Assembly (NCBI RefSeq): GCF_963921235.1
Contig: NC_086097.1
Coordinates: forward strand, 120,220,001-120,284,000
Length of the DNA: 64,000 nucleotides
Direction: 5' to 3'
Source: Mobula hypostoma
Lineage: Eukaryota
The position numbers were made by a program, and so were the translations under genes. Shown piece by piece: positions 49,464 through 62,035 of this stretch (within the stretch, counting starts at the first letter, position 1; every line of letters starts with the position of its first letter). The notes below the pieces were generated by a model. The model had not been told where the DNA came from. It ran no database searches and worked only from the letters and a program-made list of their open reading frames with translations.

Positions 49464-50532
49464 TTCAATTGAATTGACTTATTTCCTACATCCTTCACAT
49501 ACATGAGGACTAAAAGCTTTACATTACGTCCCCATCTCAATATGCAATGTGCAATTTATAGTAATTTGTAATAAATAGTATGTACAACAGGACGGTCAAT
49601 ATAGCACAGAAATACAATTGTATCAGCATGAACTAATCAATCTGATGGCCTGGTGGAAGAAGCTGTTCCAGAGCCTGCTGGTCCTGGCTTTTATGCTGCA
49701 GTACCGTTTCCCGGATGGAAGCAGCTGGAACAGTTCGTGGTTGAGGTGACTCGGGTCTCCACTGATCCTATGGGCCCTTTTTACACATCTGTCTCTGTAA
49801 ATGTCTTGAATAGTGGGAAGTTCACATCTACAGATGTGCTGGGCTGTCCGCACCACTCTCTGCAGAGTCCTGTGATTGAGTGAAGTACAGTTCCCATACC
49901 AGGCAGTGATGCAGCCTGTCAGGATGCTCTCAATAGTGCCCCTGTGGAAAGTTCTTAGGACTTGGGGGCCCATACCAAACTTCTTCAACCATTTGAAGTG
50001 GAATAGGTACTGTTATGTCTTTTCCACCACACAGCCAGTATGTACAGACCACGTGAAGTCCTTGGTGATGTGTATGCCAAGAAACTTAAAGCTGTTCACC
50101 CTCTCAACCCCAGATCCATCGATGTCAATAGAGGTTAGCCTGACTCCATGCCTCCTGTAGTCCACAACGAACTCCTTTGTTCTTGCAACATTGAGGGAAA
50201 GGTTGTTTTCTTGACACCACTGTATCAGGGAGATGACTTCTTCTCTGTAGCCTGCCTCATTATTATTTGAGATAAGGCCAATCAATATCGTATCATCTGC
50301 AAACTTAATTAGCAGATTGGACCTGTGGGGGGGTGGCGACACAGTCATGGGTATACAGACAGTAAAGGAGGGGGCTTAGGATACAGCCCTGAAGGACTTC
50401 TGTGTTGAGAGTCAGAGTGGCAGAGGTGAGGAAGTGCACTCTTACCTGCCGGCAATCTGACAGGAAATCCAGGATCCAGGTGCACAAGGCAGGGTGAAGG
50501 CCGAGGTGTCTGAGCTTCTTGTAAATCCTGAA
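49464..50532 (-). mobile_element. Rex1/Babar-type LINE, 5'-truncated
   Basis: ORFs contain WILDFL, QGCILSPLLYCLYTHDC, KFADDT, FKFLGIHIT, RGTIESILTGCITAWYGNC and LLPSGKRY; the (AATTC)n-type tail is at about 49462-49476. Confidence 0.9.
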
Positions 50533-51178
50533 TGGAATTACTACTTTGGAGGTCTTGCTGTTCTGCTTCTTCTCTAATTCCCTATACTCACCACGCAGGA
50601 ACTCTTTCCCTTTCTATCTACGTCATTGGTGCCAATGTCCACTACAACCTCTGGCTGTTTATCCTCCCCCTTGAGAATCTCTGCATCTGCTACGATGCAT
50701 CCTGGACTCTAACAGCTGGCAGCAACACACCTTCCTGGCATGTCTTTCATGGTCACAAAGTCTCCTGTCCACTTCCTGACTATCAAGTCTTCCGTCATTA
50801 TCACTCTGCTTGAATTTTCACTTCCCTGTTGAGCCTTAGGGTTGGCCACAGTGCCACTGGCCTGGCTCTGCTACTGCCATTCCCTGACAGGTCATCCACA
50901 CCAGCAGTATCCAAAGGGGTATACTTGTTTCTTAAGGGAATGGCCATTGGGGGGGGGACCCAGCACTGACTATTCACTCCCCTAAATTCTCCTGGTGGTC
51001 ACCCATCTACTATCAGAAGCCTGCATTCTGGTTGTGTCCACTTCAGTAAAGGTCTCACCTATGAGGCGTTCAGTCTTCCAGATGGTCCTGAGTACATTCA
51101 GCTGCAGTTCCAGTTCCAGTTCCTTGAGCTTGTCAGTCAGGAGCAGAAGTTGGGTGCTCTTCCCAGAGACATTGTCAT

Positions 51179-54067
51179 TAGAAACATAGAAACATAGAAA
51201 TATAGAAAATAGGTGCAGGAGTAGGCCGTTCGGCCCTTCGAGCCTGCACCGCCATTTATTATGATCATGGCTGATCCTCCAACTCAGAACCCCGCCCCAG
51301 CCTTCCCTCCATACCCCCTGACCCCCGTAGCCACAAGGGCCATATCTAACTCCCTCTTAAATATAGCCAATGAACCGGCCTCAACTGTTTCCTGTGGCAG
51401 AGAATTCCACAGATTCACCACTCTCTGTGTGAAGAAGTTTTTCCTAATCTCGGTCCTAAAAGGCTTCCCCTCTATCCTCAAACTGTGACCCCTCGTTCTG
51501 GACTTTCCCAACATCGGGAACAATCTTCCTGCATCTAGCCTGTCCAATCCATTTAGGATCTTATACGTTTCAATCAGATCCCCCCTCAATCTTCGAAATT
51601 CCAACGAGTACAAGCCCAGTTCATCCAGTCTTTCTTCATATGAAAGTCCTGCCATCCCAGGAATCAATCTGGTGAACCTTCTTTGTACTCCCTCTAAGGC
51701 AAGGATGTCTTTCCTCAGATTAGGGGACCAAGACTGCACACAATACTCCAGGTGTGGTCTCACCAAGGCCTTGTACAACTGCAGTAGTACCTCCCTGCTC
51801 CTGTACTCGAATCCTCTCGCTATAAATGCCAGCATACCGTTCGCCTTTTTCACCGCCTGCTGTACCTGCATGCCCACTTTCAATGACTGGTGTATAATGA
51901 CACCCAGGTCTCGTTGCACCTCCCCTTTTCCTAATCGGCCACCATTCAGATAATAAACTGTTTTCCTATTTTTGCCACCAAAGTGGATAACTTCACATTT
52001 ATCCACATTAAATTGCATCTGCCATGAATTTGCCCACTCACCCAACCTATCCAAGTCACCCTGCATCCTCTTAGCATCCTCCTCACAGCTAACACTGCCA
52101 CCCAGCTTCGTGTCATCCGCAAACTTGGAGATGCTGCATTTAATTCCCTCATCCAAGTCATTAATATATATTGTAAACAACTGGGGTCCCAGCACTGAGC
52201 CTTGCGGTACCCCACTAGTCACCACTTGCCATTCTGAAAAGGTCCCGTTTATTCCCACTCTTTGCTTCCTGTCTGCTAACCAATTCTCCACCCACACCAA
52301 TACCTTACCCGCAATACCGTGTACTTTAAGTTTGCACACTAATCTCCTGTGTGGGACCTTGTCAAAAGCCTTTTGAAAATCCAAATATACCACATCCACT
52401 GGTTCTCCCCTATCCACTCTACTAGTTACATCCTCAAAAAATTCTATGAGATTCGTCAGACATGATTTTCCTTTCACAAATCCATGCTGACTTTGTCCGA
52501 TCATTTCACCGCTTTCCAAATGTGCTGTTATCACATCCTTGATAACTGACTCCAGCAGTTTCCCAACCACCGACGTTAGGCTAACCGGTCTATAATTCCC
52601 CGGTTTCTCTATCCCTCCTTTTTTAAAAAGTGGAGTTACATTAGCCACCCTCCAATCCTCAGAAACTAGTCCAGAATCTAACGAGCTTTGAAAAATTATC
52701 ACTAATGCATCCACTATTTCTTGGGCTACTTCCTTAAGCACTCTAGGATGCAGATCATCTGGCCCTGGGGATTTATCTGCCTTCAATCTCTTCAATTTAC
52801 CTAACACCACTTCCCTACTAACATGTATTCCGCTCAGTTCCTCCATCCCACTGGACCCTCTGTCCCCTACTATTTCTGGAAGATTATTTATGTCCTCCTT
52901 AGTGAAGACAGAACCAAAGTAATTATTCAATTGGTCTGCCATGTCCTTGCTCCCCATAATCAATTCACCTGTTTCTGTCTGCAGGGGACCTACATTTGTC
53001 TTTACCAGTCTTTTCCTTTTTACATATCTATAAAAGCTTTTACAGTCCGTTTTTATGTTCCCTGCCAGTTTTCTCTCATAATCTTTTTTCCCCTGCGAAT
53101 TAAGCCCTTTGTCCTCCTGTGCTGAACTCTGAATTTCTCCCAGTCCTCAGGTGAGCCACTTTCTCTGGCTAATTTGTATGCTTCTTCTTTGGAATTGATA
53201 CTATCCCTAATTTCTCTTGTCAGCCACGGGTGCACTACCTTCCTTGATTTATTCTTTTGCCAAACTGGGATGAACAATTGTTGTAGTTCATCCATGCAAC
53301 CTTTAAATGCTTGCCATTGCATATCCACCATCAATCCTTTAAGTGTCATTTGCCAGTCTATCTTAGCTAATTCACGTCTCATACCTTCAAAGTTACCCCT
53401 CTTTAAGTTCAGAACCTTTGTTTCTGAATTAACTATGTCACTCTCCATCTTAATGAAGAATTCCACCATATTATGGTCACTCTTACCCAAGGGGCCTCTC
53501 ACGACAAGATCGCTAATTAACCCTTCCTCATTGCTCAAAACCCAGTCCAGAATAGCCTGCTCTCTAGTTGGTTCCTCGACATGTTGGTTCAAAAAACCAT
53601 CCCGCATATATTCCAAGAAATCCTCTTCCTCAGCACCTTTACCAATTTGGTTCACCCAATCTACATGTAGATTGAAGTCACCCATTATAACTGCTGTTCC
53701 TTTATTGCACACATTTCTAATTTCCTGTTTAATACCATCTCCGACCTCACTACTACTGTTAGGTGGCCTGTACACAACTCCCACCAGCGTCTTCTGCCCC
53801 TTAGTGTTACGCAGCTCTACCCATATCGATTCCACATCTTCCCAGCTTATGTCCTTCCTTTCTATTGCGTTAATCTCTCCTTTAACCAGCAACGCCACCC
53901 CACCTCCCCTTCCTTCATGTCTATCCCTCCTGAATATTGAATATCCCTGAACGCTGAGCTCCCATCCCTGGTCACCCTGGAGCCATGTCTCTGTGATCCC
54001 AACTATATCATAATCATTAATAACAATCTGCACTTTCAATTCATCCACGTTATTATCTTATTACCTT
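51179..54067 (-). mobile_element. Young CR1/HER1 LINE truncated at the start of ORF2
   Basis: (TAGAAACA)n tail at 51179-51205; nearly intact ORF2; possible TSD ATTAG at 51177-51181 and 54068-54072. Confidence 0.95.
51284..54048 (-). pseudogene. CR1 ORF2 (APE endonuclease plus reverse transcriptase) with a single frameshift at about 53090
   Basis: A 331-aa ORF (ITETW, YRPP, MGDFN, SDH) and a 559-aa ORF (PGPD, YRPVSL, DFQKAFD, PQGSVLGP, FADD); shifting frame at RRGKK gives DYERKLAGNIKTDCKSFYRY, which runs open into the RT ORF. Confidence 0.93.
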
Positions 54068-54399
54068 ATTAGGGACCCTGAAATCCCTTATTTTTTAGAA
54101 GGAGCATTACACTGCTTTAACTACATCCTGCTGCACTTGTTAGACCTCTAACTTCTCAAGCTTCAGTTCTAGCTTGCACTGAAGTCTGTGGAGCCAAGGC
54201 CTGACCACTCTACACGGGCTCACTCCTACAGCGTCCTCTTGGCTTACACTTCACTTCTTTTTATTGGCCCCCGTTGAAGGCCTAAGGGATCATTGTGATT
54301 GCATCCTGCCAACAAGTTCTGAAAGGTCCCAAACCCTTTTTAAATCTTGTTCTGCCTCAGCCAATCAAGCAACTGCTCATAATGATTAAGCCTGTGAAA

Positions 54400-54970
54400 A
54401 AGTGCCGAAAGGCCATGAGCTCTTTTTAAACCTTGCACTATTGTGTGTGAAAACCCCAGGAGGTCAGTGGTTTCTGAGGTACTCCAACTGCCCCTTTTGG
54501 TACCAACAGTCACTCCATGGTCAAAGTTATATCACATTTCTTGCCCATTCTGATGTTTGGTCTGACCAACAACTAAACCTCTTGACCATGTCTGCATGCT
54601 TTTATACATTGAGTTGCTGCCACATGTTTGGTTGATTAGATATTTGAATTAATGAGTAGATGTATAAGTGTACCTAATAAATGTCCCACTGACATGTTAC
54701 ACATCTACCTATAAGAAGAGATCATTCATTTTAGTGTTTCCAGGTATTGAATTCACTGGGCCATGGGTCCTATTTCTGCAGTCAGGAATGCTATGATTGC
54801 TATGATTCTAGGACGTTGCCTGACATCTCACCATATGCATATCCTGTACCAGTATTCTCAAATAGTTGTGCAGTATATCCCAGTATTTATGCGTTGAATT
54901 GCTGCCACATGATTAGCTGACTAGATAGGGTGTACAGGTGTGTCTAATAAAGTGGCCACTGAGTCTATGT
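54400..54970 (-). mobile_element. Tc1-like MITE ends (two copies)
   Basis: GTGTACCTAATAAATGTCCCACTGA at about 54668-54692 and GTGTCTAATAAAGTGGCCACTGAGT at about 54940-54964. Confidence 0.75.
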
Positions 54971-55714
54971 TGCTCTCTGCATTAAGCAATATGTTATCTG
55001 AACTGTGGAAATAAAGAGAATTTTGTTTTCTGAAAGGTGGACACCACCTAAAGGGAGGGTCAGAAAAAATAGTTTATAATATTTCCATAATATACCCTTC
55101 AGAAAATAAATGACATTTTAAAATTAGAATCATTTAAATATGTGAAATACATACTTTGCACTTAGTAGACATTCAGTCACGTAAGTCAATGTATTAAATA
55201 TCTTGTCAACATTATTTTCTATCAGTGATTCTATTAATTCTTTATTATGGTGTAGAATTCTTGATTTAATCCTTGAATCTTGAAAATGAATACTGTACAA
55301 ATTTCCTTGGATTCCTAGAGACATGAGGGGACCCTTCCTGCTTATGAACTAGGGTACACCAAGGTAGAGTCACTCTTAAACAGCCCGGGTCCAAGTCAAG
55401 GCATTACTCAGATGACCCAAACAGAATTTTTAAATACAGATGGAAAAGCCAACTTCATCATATCTGCGTTGGCACAAGAAAGATATCCTATTATTCCTCG
55501 TACTTTTCCATTCCCTATAAACTATTAATCTTTCCTTTCCGATTCTGTAGCTGTTTACGAATGTGCTTCCATCATGTCACTTTTTTGACCTGGAGAAGAA
55601 ACGTGCTAGACTATTTTGTCACAGGTAGATTGAGTAAAGCAATGGAAAAGATAACAGAAATCATTAATCTCTTGCTGCCATTGAAACCATTAGTGAGGAA
55701 TCTGCTGAATGCAG

Positions 55715-57285
55715 GTAATTCCAATGACTCGTTTGACAAGGTGCCATGTATGAAGCTGCTAAAATGATAGGAGCCCATGGTATTACAGGAAAGGTACTAG
55801 CATGGATAGATGTTTGGCTTGACTGGCAGAAGGCAAACGGTGGGAATAAGAGAGGCCTTTTCTTGTTGGTTGCCATTGACGAGTGGTGTTCCGCAAGGGG
55901 TTGTTGTTGGGCCTGTTGCACGGACGAGGCTGAGGACGAACCCAAGTGCAGGACACAGGCGTGGAGGCAGAGTCGTGAGGTGCAAACGGGGAACTGGTAT
56001 CCAGGAGAGTCCTTGCACAGAGACAAGTTTTATGTTGTGTATCCAGGAAATGATGCGGAGCTTAGAACTGATAGTCCCAAGGAATCAGGAAACAAGATTT
56101 ACTCACACTAGAGTCGACCAACAAACTGGCAAAGCATGGCTGTGTAGCCCGAGTTTTATCCTATGTTCACTAATGGGAACCAACTGTGCTGTAATTAGTG
56201 GAACTGGGAATGACTGGAAATCAGACGAGGGGATTAAGGCCCAATTAAGGAGGTAATAGCAAGATGGGGAATTTCCAGACAGGACCAATGCAGGGCCCAC
56301 TTCTTTTCTTTTCATATGTTAATGATCTGCATGAGAGATTTGACTGTTTATGGCCATCTTAACAGATCATATAAAAATTGGTGGATGGGCAGTTCGTTCT
56401 GAGGAAGTGGGGGTCTGCAGAAGAACTTGGACAGGTTGAGGGAATGGCCAGAGGAGTAGCTGATGGAATACAGCACAGGGAAGTGCATGGACATGCACAT
56501 TGATAAAACAAATAAAGGCTTATGCTATTGTCTAAACGGAAAGAGAATTCAGGAATCAAAGGTACAATGGGACTTGAGAGTCCTAGTGCAGGATTCCCTA
56601 AAGGTAAACTTGTGGGTTGAATTGGTAGCAAGGAAGACAAGTGCAATGGTACCATACATTTTGGGAAGACTACAATATAAGAACAAAGATGTAATACTGA
56701 GGCTTTATAAGATATTGGTTACACCAAATTTGGAATATTGTTTGCAGTTTAGAGCCTCATATCTAAGGAAGGGTGTGCTGGCATTGGAAAGGATCCGAAA
56801 GAGGTTTATGAGAATGATTCTGGGGATGAAAGGGTTAATGCGTGAGAAGAATTTGATGGTCCTAGGCCTTTACTTGCTGGAGTTTAGAAGAATTGGGGGC
56901 GGGGGGGGAGGTGGAATCTTATTGAAACCGATTGAATATTGAAAAGACTAGACAGAGTGGTAGTGGAGAGAACGCATTCACTCGTGGGAAAGTCTCCGAA
57001 TCAGAATAAAAGGAAGTTCCTTTCGAACTGAGATGAAGAGGAATTTCTTTAGCCAGAGGATGGAGAATCTGTGAAATTCATCACCATAGATGACTCTGGA
57101 CCCCAGTCATTGGGCATATTTAAACCCGAGTTTGATGGGTCCTTGAGTAGTAAGGGTGTCAAAAGTTATTGGGAGAATGCGGGAGAATGGGATTGATAGG
57201 GAAAGTAAATCAGCAATGATTGAATGCTGGGGCAGACTTGATGGACTGAATGATTTTGTTCTGCTCTCATGCCTTAAGGTCTTAA
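55715..57285 (+). mobile_element. CR1 LINE 3' half interrupted by a solo LTR
   Basis: FDKVP, LTSGVPQG and LYKILVTPNLEYCLQF motifs; tail near 57285. Confidence 0.85.
55914..56292. mobile_element. Solo LTR (379 bp)
   Basis: TG...CA termini; 5-bp TSD GGGCC at 55909-55913 and 56293-56297; shares ACCCAAGTGCARGACACAG with the 38888-42460 LTRs. Confidence 0.88.
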
Positions 57286-57574
57286 ACAAGAAGAGAAGAT
57301 AATCAGTGAAGCCTGCTGTCATTTAAAATGATCATGGCTGATCTGTCCAAGTCCCAGCTCCTCTGAGAAGACCCAGTAGCCTTCAATTCTCCCTTAATTC
57401 CTAGCATTATCATTTCCTGTTTAACTAGTCGCAGTGCTCTAGCTCCATAACATAACCCTTCAGGATTCATCTCCCTCTACAAGATAAAATTATTTTAAAT
57501 GACATTCTTGTTATCATGAGACTAGGTTCCTCAATCAATTCAATCTTAGCATTCATTTCAAGAAGATTAGATAA

Positions 57575-58195
57575 TAAAGTAAGGATATAATGCTAATGCT
57601 CTATAAGGCATTGATCAGACCGCACTCTTGGAGTATTGTGAGCAGTTTTGAGCCCCTTATGTAATAAAAAGTGTTCACACGTCAGAGGGGGTGCAGAGGA
57701 GGTTCACAAGGAGGATACTGGGAATGAATGAGTTAATGCATGGGGAGCATTTGATGGCTCTGGGCCTGTACTTATTGAAGCTTAGAGGAATGAGGCTATC
57801 TGACTGAAACTTATTAAATATTGAAAGGCTTGGACAGAATGGACATGAAGAGGGTGTTTTCTATTGTGGGGGAGTCTAGAATCGGAGAGCACAACCTCAG
57901 AATACAAGGACATCCCTTTAGAAAAAAAGATGAGGAGGAACTTCTTTAGCCAGTGGGGGGGGGGGTGCGGGGGTGAATCTGCGAAACTCATTGACAGAGA
58001 CAGCTGTGGAAGCCGGGTCCTTGGATATATTTAAAGCGAAGGTTGATAGGTTCTTGATTAGTAAGGGTTCAAAGGCTATGGAGAGAAGGCAAAAGAATGT
58101 GGTTGAAAGGGAAAATATATCAACCATGATTGAATGTCAGAGCAGACTTGATGGGCCAATTAACTTTATTCTGCTCCTGAACCTTACGGTGTTAT
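57575..58195 (+). mobile_element. CR1 3' fragment
   Basis: CTATAAGGCATTGATCAGACCGCAC; NLRNSLTETAVEAGSLDIFKAKVDRFL. Confidence 0.82.
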
Positions 58196-58679
58196 ACAAG
58201 AATACAAAATAATAGGATACTGACCCCTGAAGGTCATTCAAAATGATCATGACTTATCTACCCAGACCCCAACTCATCTGTGAAGCTCCAATAGGCCCAC
58301 AATCCTCCCATAATTCCTAGTATTATCATTTCCTGTTTAAATAGCAGCAGTGCTCTAGCTCAGTAACAAAACCCTCAGGGCAGAGATTCATCTCCCTCTA
58401 CAAGATGAACTTCCCACACACCGCTTTTAAATGACTGCCTTGTTACCATGTAACCATATCAATCATTCAAACATTCTCCCAAGAGTGGAAACAAATCAAC
58501 ATGTCCTCATAGGATCTTATTAGGATCAACAGGAATAACTCACATTCTTCTATTTTTTTTAAACTATTTGTAATAAGACTTCTCTCTTATCCCTGGAATT
58601 AGCTAGCAGAAACTCCTCTGGACTGTGCATAATGTTAATATATCCAATAAGGAAATGTTAATTAGTAGAGAAGCCTTTG

Positions 58680-59340
58680 AATTCCAGTTCATAGTTTCCT
58701 GAATGTGGTAGTTAGGGTAATAAAGAAGTCACTTGGCATGCTTGCTTTCATTATCTTGAGGCATAGAATATGAAAGTTGGAAGGTTATCTTCCAAATTTG
58801 CAAGACACTGCTTCAGACTGCACTTGGAGTACTATGCAGTTCAGGTTGGCATGCCTTAAAAAGGATAGGGTTGCCAAGGAGAAAGTGCAGGAGAGATTCA
58901 ACAGCATGTTGCCTGGACTGAAAGACTTCAGTTGTAGGGAGAGATTGGGCAGGTTAAGCTTGTTTTCCCTGAAGTGAATGACACTGAGGTGTCACCTGAC
59001 AGAGGTCTGCTGAATTATAAGAGGCATTGATACATAAGGTGTCAGAATCTTTTTCCTGTGGTAAGTATATAATTTGCAGTTTAAGGTGAGATGAAAAAGT
59101 TTAAAAGGGATGTGAGAGGAATTATTTTTAGATTCAGAGAATGAATGATATTTGGAACTCACTGCCAGAAGGGGAGTGCTTGAACCAGATACAATTATTA
59201 CATTTGAGACATTTCAACAGGTAAGGTACAGATCTAATGCAGGCAAATGGGATTAGTGTTAATGTAAATTAGTGTAAATAGGCTGGCATGAAGATGATGG
59301 GCCAAAAGGCCCATTTCTGTCTTGATCAAATCTATGACTC
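58680..59340 (+). mobile_element. Degraded CR1 3' fragment
   Basis: EKVQERFNSMLPGLKDFSCRERLGRLSLFSL; tail ATGGGCCAAAAGGCC...TCTATGACTC. Confidence 0.75.
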
Positions 59341-59474
59341 AAAGTTGTACACAGTATTCTTGTTGCAGCTGTACCAACAACCTACATAATTGCAAATATA
59401 CTGTGCATGGTTGTTTATAAACTACACCTTTCTTGCAATAAAGTCAATGTACCATTTGCCTACCATACCACAGG

Positions 59475-59720
59475 GTTAGCTCAGGGCGTTCCAGAGTTTG
59501 GAGTTCAATTCCACCGCCATTCTGTGAAAAGAGTCTCTGTACATCCTCCCTGTGGGATGCATGTGTTTTCTCCGAGCCCTCACTGGGTAGGTTAATTTGT
59601 CATTGTAAATTGTCCCGTGATTACGTTACTGTTGATTGGATTTGTTGGGGGTTGCCGGGGCAGCGTGTCTTGAAGAATTGGAAGGACTTATTCCACGCTA
59701 TATCATTAAATAAATAACTG
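59475..59720 (+). mobile_element. V-SINE-like element
   Basis: B box GAGTTCAATTCC; TGTACATCCTCCCTGTG; GTCATTGTAAATTGTCCC. Confidence 0.65.
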
Positions 59721-60109
59721 CAAGCTAATCTATAATCTTCCATGCACAAGAGCACCTGGATCTTTCTGTACTCCAGTCACTTGCAATTTCTCACCACTTA
59801 GATAATTATCTGCCTTTCGATTCCTTCCACTGTCTAAGCCCAGTGGGAGAAGCCTGGAGGTTGCAGACTGGGGTTCCAGAGGCCTGTCCTGGGTTTGGAG
59901 GATTGCCCATGTGAGTGTGTGTTTATGGGCGGGTAGGACGGAGGAAAGGAAGGGGCTGGTTTTGCAGTTGTTGACTTGTCGCTTGTTGTGCTCTATGTTG
60001 TTCTGCCCAGCGTTCTGGGCATGCTACATTGTTGCCACAGTGTGTGGTGACACTTGTTGCCTGCTGTTTGTTAACACAAATGACGCATTTCACGGTACGT
60101 CTCGAACTT

Positions 60110-60625
60110 CCTGCTGGACAGCAGTGGAAACTGGTGTGGTCTTCTGCTGCTGTGGCCCATCCACTTCAAGTTTTGATGTGTTGTGCACTCAAAGATGCTC
60201 TTCTGCACACCACTGTTGTGACGTGTAGTTATTTGAGTTACTGTTGCCTTCCTGCCAGCCTGAACTTGTCTGGCCATTGTCCACTGACCTTTCTCATTAA
60301 CAAGACATTTTCACCCACAGAGCTGGATTTTTTTTTTTTTTTTTGTTTCTTGCACCCTTCTCTGTAAAACCGAGACACTGTTGTATGTGAAAATCTTAAC
60401 AGATCAACAGTTCTTAGATAATCAAAGCACCTACAATCATTCCATGGTGAAAGTCACTTGGATTACATTTCTTCCCCATTCTAATGCTTGATCTGAACAC
60501 CAACTGAACATCATGACCATATCTGCATGCTTTTGTGCATTGAATTGCTGCTACATGAATGGCTGATTAGCTGTTTGCATTAATGAGCTGGTATACAAGT
60601 GTGCCTAATAAATTGGCCACTGAAC
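60110..60625 (-). mobile_element. Tc1-derived non-autonomous element
   Basis: ORF 60071-60277 has MARQVQAGRKATVTQITTRHNSGVQKSIFE; TIR GTGTGCCTAATAAATTGGCCACTGA. Confidence 0.8.
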
Positions 60626-61707
60626 ATATTATTTACCCACTATTTTTTACTGCTTTCATTTCTCAATTAGGAATCACAGAGATATAAACTTTGTTGGTTG
60701 GCAGGATATTTTCAGAATGCATGTGGAGAAGTTTATAGAAGTATGTGGAGAAGTTTACAGAAGTAATGCATTATTAATATTGTTCTATATACTAATTTAA
60801 TTGATCTTGAATGTCACTGGCCACAAGATGAAGCTAACCGTGTTATTAAATATGTAGTTAACACCTTAATTAATAAACTGAATAATTCACAGGAATAGTA
60901 AACATTTGCGTCCTCCATTGGAATATAGAGAGGCAGGTTCCTGAGTTGCATTTTTAAATGTTCAATTCATCTGCCAACAAGATTTTCAGTCTTCCCAGAT
61001 CCTGGTCACGTGTTTCAAGGTCAGCAAGCATTTTCTCTGCAGATCCATTTTACTTAATCAGAATGTTTCCACTGGAGAGGTGGATAGGAAAACACCTGTT
61101 ATTATTTTACATTAAATACCACTAGTTTCTGTACTAGAAACTATCTACTTAAAAAAACAAAGTGTCTGTTTTGGGAATATTTCTCACATTACCAATTGTA
61201 AAATTATCTCTGTTCACAGTTGTAATTATGCCTTATGTCAGCATCAAGTTTTACCTCATTGACTTTATCAGTCAGTCCTCCTTGCCTTCATGGTAAAGTC
61301 CTCAGTCAGAGTGCTTCAGATAACAACTCAAAAGCAGTACAGTGTACAGATGCAACCATAGGCACATGAATACATCAGGATGTTAAAAGCATATGGTTTT
61401 CTGCCTAGGCAAATCAGGTGAGGATCTATATTATGCTACAGATCAGGTATCCAAATTAATGATAGCCTTCTGTGACTTTCATAACCTTGCAATTCCAAAA
61501 GGACATACTTTGATACAGTCAAGGAATAAGACCACACTGCAATAGAGTAACAACCACCTGGTCCCCTAAGGAGTAGTGATAAAAGCACTATAGCGTTTCA
61601 GATACAGTTTGCGGATGAACACCTTGACTCCAAAACAAGGGTCCTCAAATTACTTAAGGATAATTGAAAAGTTATGAACTCTACAATTGACTTTATGAAT
61701 GTTTTCA

Positions 61708-62035
61708 GGGTGACACAGTAGTGTAGTAGTTAGCACAATGTTTTACCGTGCAAGCTGTAATATTAGAATTCGATTCCCACTGCTGTCTGTAAGGAGTTTG
61801 TACGTTCTCCCTGTGACACCATGGGCCTCCTCCAGGTGCTTCAGTTTCTTCCCACATTCCTTACAAAAGTTTATGGTTTGAGTTAATGAGTTGTGGGCAT
61901 ACTATATTGGTGCCAGAAATGTGCCAAAATTCATCGGCTGCCCAGTTCAATCCTCACTGATTTGATGGGACGCAAACGACACATTTCATTGCATGTTTCA
62001 ATGTCCGTGTGGCAAATAGAGCTAATCTTTTCTTT
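61708..62035 (+). mobile_element. Full-length V-SINE (tRNA head, V domain, LINE-like tail)
   Basis: A box TAGTGTAGTAG, B box GAATTCGATTCC, GGAGTTTGTACGTTCTCCCTGTGAC and tail GCTAATCTTTTCTTTT. Confidence 0.8.

Larger units (their letters stand above)
46221..54370 (-). mobile_element. Old near-full-length CR1 LINE (ORF2 46221-49465, ORF1 region 50535-51178, 5' part 54070-54370) carrying two nested insertions
   Basis: Tail TAAGAACATAAGACATAGG; RT motifs RLHFEYCEQFWAP and EN motif SDHNMIEF; the sequence resumes colinearly after each insertion, e.g. AGTAATCCAGAGAATT | GAATTACTACTTTGGAGG. Confidence 0.8.

Noticed and set aside
53174..53950. 258-aa plus-strand ORF
   Set aside because: It is the antisense shadow of the CR1 endonuclease ORF; the same applies to 51672-52376 and 573-966.
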